Below are positions 48,750-59,239 of a DNA stretch of 64,000 nucleotides, piece by piece. The notes beneath the pieces were generated by a model, which ran no database searches, was not told where the DNA came from, and saw only the letters and a list, made by a program, of their open reading frames with translations. Position 1 is the first letter of the stretch, and every line of letters starts with the position of its first letter. A program made the translations under genes and the position numbers. The stretch covers positions 1,860,001-1,924,000 of the forward strand of contig MU008164.1 in NCBI GenBank assembly GCA_010909165.1. The letters run 5' to 3'. Source of the DNA: Anthoceros angustus. Taxonomy: Eukaryota > Plantae > Anthocerotophyta.

Positions 48750-50600
48750 TTCGTCCATAGAAAGGGATAGTGTAGAGCTCATGCTCTCAAAGTCTCTGTA
48801 CAACTCCCATGTTGCGTGCGCCATTGCAGTGAAAGGCGGTGCACCCGGGCCGCACAGGTGTTCCATGCCGTCGGCCGCATCCCAAGCCCATGCTGAGTGT
48901 GTGTAGTCACCACGTATGTGAAGCCCCACAACGCGGTGTTCTATCCAAACAATCGACTCAAACTCTGCAGCAAATCCTCCTTCGACCGTGGCCTATGCAA
49001 AAGTGTAGCTCGAATGCGGTTGGCCTCTTCTTCCCAACGGGAATTGCCGCCTGTGCCCGCGAAGGATCCGACGCCGTCGCAACACCAAGTGATTCCTCCA
49101 CGCCTTCCTCTTACCTTTTGCATCGAGGTCCGTGGATGCGGGTCTGTGCGCCTACCTTCACCTTCCCCTCGCCTTTCGCTTTGACTTTCGAGGCTTGCGA
49201 AAGTCACCGCCTTCATGCCCTCTTGGCTCCATGATCATTTGTATACATTGTCGAGAGGCACCTGTCCAGGAACACCATGGCAAAGGATCCCAAAGTTTGT
49301 GAATCCATTACATCCATCGGCACCGGCACGCTATTTGACACACGTCAAACACAAGTGACGTGGACGGCGGTGACATGTCATGTTTGCTCCGCGGTATTGA
49401 TGGGCACCAAGCCGTATCCATCCATTCTGCGAAGCACACATGACAGGTCATCGACTTTTATTGCACGACGTGATGACAAGAACATGTGGTACAAAGTGAG
49501 TAAGCACATTTGCATTGCCGCCTTAAAGAATGGTGAGCGTACACCCCTGTTTGTGAGGTATAAACCGTCGTCTCGCAAACGAGGAGTGTCGTGCCCAAGA
49601 GACGGCAAAAGCCGGGGCGGCGCCATACCTACCGTCCTTGATGGCTGGCGGAGAGCAACCTCCGTCCATCGCCGATGGCCATCGCCGAATGGAACTGCAG
49701 CCCTCTTCCTTGATGGCCATCGCCGGGTCAGCCCCATACACCCACACACCGCAATGTCTCGCAATATGGGAGGTGAGGAATGAATGCTTGACCATCCAAT
49801 AAAGAGAATCCAAACACATACGAGGTGAAGAGGATACAGTCACGCTTGTGAAACGAGGGTTGCCGATCGCGATCTGCGCAAACCCTCCATCCCACAATTG
49901 ATGACGGTCGCATCCGTGACCATGCATAGACTTCCACATTGCCACCGCAATGGCGGTCCACTCAATTGCATGCACACGGATGACACGCCACACCGAGAAG
50001 GGCGAGTTCACGCCCGCAGCGACGCGGGGTCCTTGATGGCCATCGAGGGGCGGTGTGCACCGGGAGGAGAGAACATCAAACCAATGGGTTCTCCTTCCAC
50101 TGCACCCAAGGTGGCTTCCACGCCCATGCTTTCGCCACACCATGGCAATTCGAGGAAACAAGATAAGAGGAGAGGGCAAGGGTAGGGAGTGGTGCGTCCT
50201 ACTATTCCACATTTGCGCCGCATCCGCGAGAAGGACTACATATCGCTACCATGAAGAGTGTGGCTAGCAAGGTCATTTAAAAGGATTTGTGAGAGGTCCG
50301 CCAGAGACATCCACTTGTGCCAGGCGGCATGGGTGGTCGAAGGAATCTTTATTGTCGACTGCTCAAATGAAGTGAAACGCAGCATGGGCTTTCCGACTAT
50401 CGATTTCCATGAAGCTTGCAAATTGCAATGAGGATGGTGGCGGCATAAGAGCGGATTACAATGCCAAAGCGCGTGCTCGAAGGATACGAAACGTCAACAC
50501 GTCCGACTTGTCGAGCCATGCGGTCATCATTTCATTATTTCAACGCGAGACTTGTTTCATCCACCGCCTTGACTCAGATGATGGTCGAATACTGGCCCGC
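48750..50600 (-). pseudogene. Plavaka-like DDE transposase relic
   Basis: Colinear motifs across frameshifts: EMMTAWL, IVIRSYAAT(I)L, RKAH, LFPRIAMV...LGCS...RCTPP, GVNSPF...DRHQLWDGGF, LSTMYTNDHGAKRA-RR, RIRAT. These match my recollection of the Plavaka consensus (EMxTGxWW; iilxSDxT; fPxlaxyxaD...CPxC; DxLHqlxkGxF; sTexxExxHxxxaKxayr; iRAt). Not database-confirmed. Confidence 0.55.
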
Positions 50601-51359
50601 TCGACCGACATTATGTCGCCGACCGCCACGCAGCATGGCAAAGGGGCCAACTCTACGTCCGGGTTCACGCATCTCTTGCATCTCGTGGCGGAAATGATTA
50701 TCACGGTCTTCCTTACATCACGGGCCATACCGCCATACGCAACCGCTCACCATCACTTATTGGCAATGGCGCGAGTTGGGGACATTAGCGTATCCTTGGA
50801 TGAAGGCAGATTGAACGTCTCGGTAGGGGAACACCTTTCCATTGCCTTGAGTCATGCATTATTAAAAGCGGATTATGGCCTTCCAAGGTTCATAGTAGAT
50901 GAAAGGACCATGTTTATTGCCATTGTGGTTATAATGTCCTTCCGAAACGGGAAATGAGGGAAAGATGGAGGCGATGCTAGTGGACATCATCCCCACTCGA
51001 CTCCTCTCCTCCTCCCTCCCCCACTCCTCCTCCCCCACGTGACGCTACGACAAGTAGTATTAAACAACGGTCCATGTATTAAACAATGTCCGAGCACATA
51101 TGCGATGCATCCGGACATGCCATTCAAGTGCAACCACGTGTTACGGTGGGACACGAAGGAATGCACATAGAAACACGTGATGGCCAAACTTAGAAGCGCA
51201 TCGATGAACACGGTGGAAGTTCCATGGAAGCGATGCCATGGCAAGGGCTGGAGGCACCGACACACACCATGACTCGAACATATATAGCGGGAAAAAACAC
51301 GGTTCCAAACCTTCCAATTGTCCTTGTGTCATGGCATGTTGTTTGGGTACTATGTTGGA

Positions 51360-54100
51360 ATGGCTGACATCCTTGGCCCAAGGTAATTCTCATCGACTTA
51401 CCAAAACGTCCTTGAGCCTCAAACACTTGTGAAAACCGCCCCTATAAATGCGAAGCATGGTAACATGCAACATCCGAACAATACATAAGTAGGAGAAACC
51501 ATGTCCTGCAGTAAGGACGTTGTGGCAATGACCGGAAGGTGGCAACATGAGGACACCCACAACATATATGGGAGGGCCTAAAAACAACTTGGGAGGCATG
51601 TATTAAACAATGTCCGAGCACATATGCGATGCATCCGGACATGCCATCTGTGCAACCACGTTGGGGACACGAAAGGAATGCACATAGAAACACGTGATGG
51701 CCAAACTTAGAAGCGCATCGGATGAACATTGGAAGTTCGCATGAAAGCGATGCCATGGCAAGGGCTGGAGGCACCGACACACACCATGACTCATGAACAT
51801 ATATAGCGTGAAAACACGGTTCCAAACCTTCCAATTGTCCTTGTGTCATGGCATGTTGTTGCGGGTACTATGTTGGAATGGCTGACCACATCCTTGGCCC
51901 AAGGTAATTCTCATCACTTACCAAAACGTCCTTGAGCCTCAAACACTTGTGAAAACCGCTATAAATGAGCATGGTAACATGCAACATCCGAACAATACAT
52001 AAGTAGGAGAAACCAAGGTCTGTGGGACGTTGTGGCAATGACCGGAAACATGAGGACACCCACAACATATATGGGAGGGCCTAAAAACAACGGTTAATGG
52101 CATTCAAGTTTGTCCTTGTGTCTTGGCATGTTGCTTGTGGTCAACGCCCTAGGCATTCGAAACATCCTTGGCCCATGGTCATCCAATTACATTCACAAAA
52201 CCGTCCTTGGGTCATAAACATTAGCATAACCGCCCCTATATATGTGGATCGGTGACATGCCATACGGACATGAAGGAGGGGAGTACCAATGGAAGCGGGC
52301 GCGCAAGGACGCATGGCTATGTCCGGAGGCAGGCAACAAGAAGGACTCGACAACCGATATAGAAGAAAACCAGCGGATGCAAGCGCATATCGCTTGTGAC
52401 ATGGCATGTCAAGGCGGGCCATGTCAAGAGAAAGAGACAACGCATGACCCATGGTCATTCAATTGCATGCATGTAAATCGCCTGGGTCACGAAACACTAG
52501 GAAATCGCCTCCTATATATGTGGACGATGGTGACATGCCATATTAGAACTTGAAGAGAAGGTGAGAAACAACAAAGGCGCCGAGGACGCGATGCAATGTC
52601 TGGAGGTAGGTGTTCAACCTTAGGTCTCGCAACATATGTAGAAGGTAAATCAGCATTGTTTTCTACCATTCAAATTGTCCTTGGGTTATGGATTGTTGTT
52701 TGGGGGCGATGCATTTCGTATGCGGTCATAGCATCCTTGGCCCATGGTCGTCCAATTGAAACCAGTCAAAATCGTCCTTGGGTCACGAACACGTGTGAAA
52801 AGCTGCCCGGCTATATATGCCAAGCATGCCATATTTGAACAAATAGGCAATCGGGAGTAACGGACTTGCGAGCGGGAAACATGGCATGGCATGGCAAGCA
52901 GGCAGGTGGCATGCCATTTCACTTACGCTCGCCCACTCCTCCTCCCCTCCCCATCCGTCACCACGTAGGTTACCCGCTTTTGCGATCGCATCGCACGCAG
53001 CTTGCGCTTTGTCTTGTCGCGTTAGGGCTATCCAGCGCGCTTGGCGTGGTTCGCTATGGTTTGGGACGACTTCAAGATTTGGCCGAGGCGGTTCGATTAA
53101 GCCTACAACCCCCTCCCATTGCCCGTGACCTGGATGTCGGTGTCCAGAAAGTGATTGACGCAAGAAACGGAGGAGGAGGGCGCATCATTTGTTTGCGCCA
53201 GCCGATGGGCACGAGCGAGGTTTGAAATGGCGAGGAGGATGGCGAGCTGCCGCTTTGGCATGCTAGTGTGGAATTGCTCAACGGCGACGATCGGGGCCAA
53301 AGCCGGAGGGCGCAGCGCGATGTGGGCGATCTCGCCGAGTCGGGGGAGTGGATGCCGGGAGGGTCCTTCCGTGGAGCCGGATGGAGGCATGGATGCCTCG
53401 GGGAGGAGGAGCACGAATACCGTGGAAGGTGTTGGTGATGAGGAGGAGGAGCGGCAACAAATCCCCTCATTCCATCCGACTGCCTCCAATATGGGAGCTA
53501 ACGGTGGAGCTTGTGGGTGCAGACGCACCGCAGACGGAGTATGAAAGGGCCCTCCACACCGGAGGAGTACCAATGGAAGCGCAAAGGACGGCATGGCTAT
53601 GTCCGGAGGCATGGCAACAAGAAGGACTCGCAAACCGATATAGAAGAAAACCAGCGGATGCAAGCCATATCGCCCTTGTGACATGGCATGTCGAAGGGCC
53701 ATGTCAAGAGAAAGAAGACAACGTGCATGACCCATGGTCATTCAATTGCATGCACAAATCGCCCCTGGGTCACGAAACACTAGGGAAATCGGCCTCCTAT
53801 ATGTGGACGATGGTGACATGCCATATTAGAACTTGAAGAGAAGCAGAGAAACAACAAAGGCGCGCGAGACGCCGATGCAATGTCTGAGGTAGGTGTTCAA
53901 CCTTAGGTCTCGCACAACATATGTAGAAGGTAAACATTGTTTTCTACCATTCAAATTGTCCTTGGGTTATGGATTGTTGTTTGGGGCGATGCATTTCAGA
54001 GCACATAGCATCTTGGCCCATGGTCGCCCAATTGAAACCAGTCAAAATCGTCCTCACGAACACGTGAAAAGCGCCCGGCTATATAAGCATGCCATATTTG
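51360..54100. repeat. Degenerate ~280-bp internal repeats of the CACTA (CATCCTTGGCCCATGGTC...CGTCCTTGGGTC...CCTATATATG)
   Basis: Units at about 51368, 51890, 52163, 52445, 52731, 53730 and 54010. Confidence 0.65.
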
Positions 54101-54913
54101 AACAAATAGGCAATCGGGAGTAACGGACTTGCGGCGGAAACATGGCATGGCATGGCAAGGGCACGTGGCATGCCATTTCACTTACGTCCCCCCACCCTCC
54201 TCTCCTCCTCCCCACACAAGGTTACCACCTTATCGATCGCCATACTGCAGCTTGCGCTTTGTCTTGTCGCGTTAGGGCTATCCAGGCGCGCTTGGCGTGG
54301 TTCGCTATGGTTTGGGACGTGGACTTCAAGATTTGGAGGCGGTTCGATTAAGCCTACAACCCCCTCCCATTGCCCGTGACTTGGATGTCGTGCGTGTGAT
54401 TGACGCAAGAAACGGAGGAGGGAGGGCCGCATCATTGTTTGCGCCACCGCCGATGGGCACGGTAGCGAGGGTCAAATGGCGAGGAGGGCGCAGCCGCTGG
54501 CATGCTAGTGTGGAATTGCTCAACGGCGACGACGGGGCCAAAACCGAGGGCGCGGCGATGTGGGCGATCGTCGCCTCTGCCGAGGCGTGGATGCCGGGAG
54601 GGTCCTTCCGTGGAGCCGATGGAGGCATGGATGTGCCTCGTGGGGAGGAGGAGCACGAACACCGTGGAAGGTGTTGGTGATGAGGAGGAGGAGCGGCAAC
54701 AAATCCCCTCATTCCACCTGACTGCCTCCAATATGTGGGAGCTAACGGTGGAGCTTGTGACGATACGCCACTTTGAGGGCCCTCCACACCTGAAACGAAA
54801 TTGGACGAGGTGCGTGAGCGAGGACCGCGTGGGCTTGTGGAGGATGATGGTGGTGTTCCGAGGACGCGCACCTGGATGGGGGATGGAGAATGGGCCTCTA
54901 GAAGAGCTTTTGT

Positions 54914-56960
54914 TTGACCATGGGACCTCAAGGAGTGTGGGGAGGGTCTCAAGGGCAGCAAAGTGCTGCCTTTGGAGTTGATATTGCCGAGGCTAAGGAA
55001 GAGGAGGAGGCCACAAACGCCGCTCACGAGTCGAGAGGCACCGTCGACGAGGACACCACGGGCACCGAGGATGGTGAAAGGAGGAGGCATGGGGAGTGGA
55101 AATGGTCAAGAAGAGGTGGAGGAGGACCTCCGACAACATTGACAGGAGAGATAGGGGAGCTGACAGAAAAGTTGGCCGGTAAGCCACTTGACGACATTAT
55201 TGCCGTGTTGTGCAGGCTGCATGGTCGTGGGGGGGTTTACATGGCTGTGAGCCGGCTGTGTGATGGAGGGTGGGTGGAGAATGAAGATGAGGAGGAAGAG
55301 CCCACCGACGAGGAGGGACTGGTCCGGAAGGCCTTCCAGCAGCGCGTGTTGGAGCTAGTGTGCGCGAAGATGCAGTTGATGCTCCCATGGTCGAGCCACG
55401 ATGAGTCTTTGAGGGATAGATTGGTGAGGAAGGTGGAGTATGAGTTTCCTAGCATAGATCGCGAGGATATCGTGGCCAGGTTTGCAGGGGCTTCGCGGAC
55501 AAGAAACCACAACGTTGGCAAGAAGGTGCGACAAGCTGCGCTTATTTGGAGGAGAAGGGGAAAGATGCGAAATGGCTCCACCCTCCGAACGTCAGCACGA
55601 AGGCATGGAGACGGGCTGTGGAGCAAGCGGTGGTGACGTTGCACAAGCACGGTGGTGTGTGGCCAACCCCACAGCAAGCAGCCGCAACTTCAGCTCGACT
55701 TGCAAAGCACGAGCATGGGACCAATCCATTTGGTCCCATGGGAGCAAAAGAGTTCGAGAGAAGGTATGTTCAACGGTGGGGAGGAGCGCAAGAGAGAGTT
55801 GAAATGGGCTAAACATGGATTGGAGAGCATGCAACTACGAGTGGTATGGCGATAGATCGGGGCCTTGGTGGAATAGCTAGGCGTGGTCGACATGCGCATG
55901 TAGGACATGAAGGCGTGAGCGATGGCGATGTGTGCATGGCTACAGTCAAGGAGAAGGAAGGGTAATGTGCGGTGAAGGGCACGAAAAGATGGAAGGAACC
56001 ATAGCATGTCCCGAGGGGAAGGGAAGGGAAGGTGGAACGAGGAGGGCATCACACTCAAGTGATGTCGGAGGCGGGCTGTGGAGCAAGCGGTGGTGACGTT
56101 GCACAAGCACGGTGGTGTGTGGCCAACCCGCGGCGCAACCCATTTCGACTTGCAAAGCACGAGCATGGGACCAATCCATTTGGTCCCATGGGAGCAAAAG
56201 AGTTCGAGAGAAGGTATGTTCAGCGGTGGGGAGGAGGAGCGCAAGAGAGTTGAAATGGGCTGCGAAACATGGATTGGAGAGCATGCGAACTCGGAGTGGT
56301 ATGGCGATAGATCGGGGCCTTGGTTGAATAGCTGTGGTCAAAAGTGCGCATGTAGGACATGAAGGCGTGAGCGATGGCGATGTGTGCATGGCTGGTCGAG
56401 AAGGAAGGAAAATAATGTGCGGTGAAGGGCACGAAAAGATGGAAGGAACCATAGCATGTCCCGAGGGGAAGGGAAGGGAAGGTGGAACGAGGAGGGCATC
56501 ACACTCAAGTGATGTCGGAGGCGGGCTGTGGAGCAAGCGGTGGTGGCGTTGCACAAGCACGGTGGTGTGTGGCCAACCCGCGGCGCAACCCATTTCGACT
56601 TGCAAAGCACGAGCATGGGACCAATCCATTTGGTCCCATGGGAGCAAAAGAGTTCGAGAGAAGGTATGTTCAGCGGTGGGGAGGAGCGCAAGAGAGAGTT
56701 GAAATGGGCTGCGAAACATGGATTGGAGAGCATGCGAACTCGGAGTGGTATGGCGATAGATCGGGGCCTTGGTTGAATAGCTGTGGTCAAAAGTGCGCAT
56801 GTAGGACATGAAGGCGTGAGCGATGGCGATGTGTGCATGGCTGGTCGAGAAGGAAGGAAAATAATGTGCGGTGAAGGGCACGAAAAGATGGAAGGAACCA
56901 TAGCATGTCCCGAGGGGAAGGGAAGGGAAGGTGGAACGAGGAGGGCATCACACTCAAGTG
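54914..56960 (+). pseudogene. Transposase_24 (Ptta/En/Spm)-like ORF, triplicated 3' part
   Basis: LVRKAFQQRVLELVCAKMQLMLPW...KWLHPPNVSTKAWRRAVEQ...RLAKHEHGTNPFGPMGAKEFERRYVQRWG. Repeated at about 55.6, 56.1 and 56.5 kb. Confidence 0.55.
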
Positions 56961-58289
56961 ATGTCGGAGGCGGTGGGGATGGTGTGGAAGGTGGAGGTGA
57001 GTGCGTTGCCACCCACAAGGCGAATCACAAGATCTCTCAAAAGTGTGAGTTTGGTGGCAATGGCGGATGAATTGAATGGTCCTTTTGCCTAACGTAACAT
57101 AGTGCACGGTGGTTATGCAGCCTATGGGGCCAGGAGTGCAAGGCCTGAGCGTGGAGGTTAGTGGCTCGAATGCCGCCAAAAGGGTCGACATGAGCGGAGA
57201 AAACGGCGGAGGTGCTAGGCCAAAAGGGTCGCAAACGACGGCTTGAAGATGCAGAGGAGTCGACTCGATGACGTCAAGAGTCAGAGTGCCGCCGCCATGT
57301 GGTATGTGCAAGTCCATGTCCGCAATAAGCCCGGATTGATTGAGTGGGACGGTAGATATTGATGCGTTCCTACCTTCCAGTGTGCAGCTTGGAGCAAACG
57401 GCAAATGGAACACGCACCGGGCGAGCGCATCAAGGGGGCATCCACAACCGCCATCGCAGGTATCGTGGTTGGTGGAGGTGGAGTGCTTGTGGTCGCGAAT
57501 GAACTTGCACGCGAGTTATTTTGTCGAGGACGGGCGATGGTCGATCACGAGGAAGGGAGATCGAGCACCGGCACAACTGTAGAGCGGTCATTCCATATTT
57601 CTGTGTAGCGTTTACAGTGGCATTCGATAAGTTTAGCAAGCTGTGGAATGAAACTCGAAAACAATGGCATATGTGCTGCAAGCCGCACATGTTCGTATAA
57701 GAAGCGAAAGTCTGGATTGGGAAAGTCTAGATTGGGGAAAACGCACAAAGGGGGCGTTTGAAGAAACGTAATGCGCATGTGTCGCATTTGGTGGTAAATG
57801 TGATGAGGTACATATTAATGTATGAGGTGTATACTTATAACTATGCCATGGGTAGATATCTGTGAATTTGTACCTATACATAAAGAGTATGTATTCATTA
57901 TATACATATATATATATACGTATTTCAGTCACATATATAGGATTATACATAACAAGTCGGCCTGTCAATCGTATATATAGATAGACATATAAATAATGTA
58001 GAATCCTACTATACATGGTTAGGTTATAGCAAGGGTTTCATTGTACATGGGGCTTGAAAACAAAAACCAGGTGTGGACACAAGGGTGCATTGAAGAGGGA
58101 AGGTACATTAACCATAAATGCATGGCTATGCAAAGGAGGTAAGATGGAAAGAGAATGACATGCCATATGAGAAGCAAGAGGGAAGAATAAAATACCGGTG
58201 GGAGAGGGGAGCTCATTGTCACAAACATATTGCAACACAAAGAGGGAAACAATAAAGAAATGGGTGTCATCGAGCATTAACTAGAGTGT

Positions 58290-58720
58290 GATGAAAGGAG
58301 ACCAGAGCATGTTGTTAAGATGGTAAGAGAAAGTGGAGAAAATCACAAACTTAACACCAAACCAACAAACTTCATGATAAGCTCTTAATGGCGGGTGTAA
58401 GGTGGAGACCACTTGCATGTTGTTAAGATGGTGAGAGAAGGTGGAGGAAAATCACAAACTTAACACCAAGCCACCTAACTTTTGAGTGTTCCACATGGAA
58501 AGTGTTACATGAAATTGCAACAAAGGACTATAACATAAGCAAGTTTTCATTGTATATGTTTGAAATCATAAACAATGCTAGCGAGGGAGGTTGTACTTAG
58601 GAGGAGGTGATGAGAGAGAGCCATGTTCATGTTAAGATGGTGACATGAGAAGAAAATAGTGTCAATCTTAATACCAAGCCTAAATAGCATGTTGCAATTT
58701 GGAAGTGTTACATGAAATTG
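58290..58720. repeat. CACTA right subterminal repeats
   Basis: ATGTTGTTAAGATGGT...AAATCACAAACTTAACACCAA-like units at ~58310 and ~58417 with a more degenerate copy at ~58630, plus GGAAGTGTTACATGAAATTGCAA-like units at ~58498 and ~58701. Confidence 0.75.
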
Positions 58721-59239
58721 CAATAAGGATCGTAACATAGGCTGCCTTTTCTAGTAGGGAGATTGAGCAACACGGTAGGGCAGCCAAGTGAGGCGTATGG
58801 AGATAACCGGCTGGGCTTGCCCGCTGCTCGGCAGTGTGCCGGCCTCGGTCCGGCTTGATGTGTAAGAGAGAGAGCCGCACGGACGGGGCTCAACGGTCGA
58901 GGTCTGTCGTCCTTTGCCATCAATCGTTTGTGAAGAATAGGCGACGGCGGGAAGGATGGCATGACATCCTTCCCAGATGAGGATGATGTTTGAATGAACT
59001 CATGTCTGGACGAGGTGCCATCCAAGCTCTTGACTGACTGACTGACTGAAGGATGCTTAACTGTGATGTTGCAATGAACATGTCAATCCTATGTCGGAGG
59101 AGGACTGATCTGTCACTTCCCCATTCTTTCTTTCAGTTGTGGTGATGTACTTTCATTGACACAGGATTGATCCCGACTCCGGAGCGTGAGTGGTTGCCCT
59201 GTGTGGACTACGGACTTCCCTTGGGGGTTAAGAAATAAC

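Larger units (their letters stand above)
37390..58759 (-). mobile_element. CACTA/EnSpm (CMC) DNA transposon with CCCTA termini
   Basis: 28-bp TIR CCCTACTAGAAAAGGCAGCCTATGTTAC at 37390 and its complement ending at 58759. 3-bp TSD AGA at 37387-37389 and 58760-58762. Subterminal TGTAACACTT/AAGTGTTACA repeats at both ends, and a TnpD transposase inside. Confidence 0.92.
31721..58976 (+). mobile_element. Mutator-like (MULE) DNA transposon with ~230-bp TIRs, interrupted by the CACTA element
   Basis: 31721-~31955 is the reverse complement of 58760-58976 (e.g. CCTATTCTTCACAAACGATTGATGGCAAAG / CTTTGCCATCAATCGTTTGTGAAGAATAGG). A MULE-SWIM transposase lies just inside the left TIR. No 9-bp TSD was found. 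Confidence 0.75.

Noticed and set aside
49523-50212. Ulp1/C48 SUMO-protease reading (W-T-A-I-A-V, CLDSL, HCGVWV)
   Set aside because: The motifs do not give a proper HW...D...Q..C catalytic order with correct spacing. More numerous colinear motifs fit a Plavaka-like transposase better.
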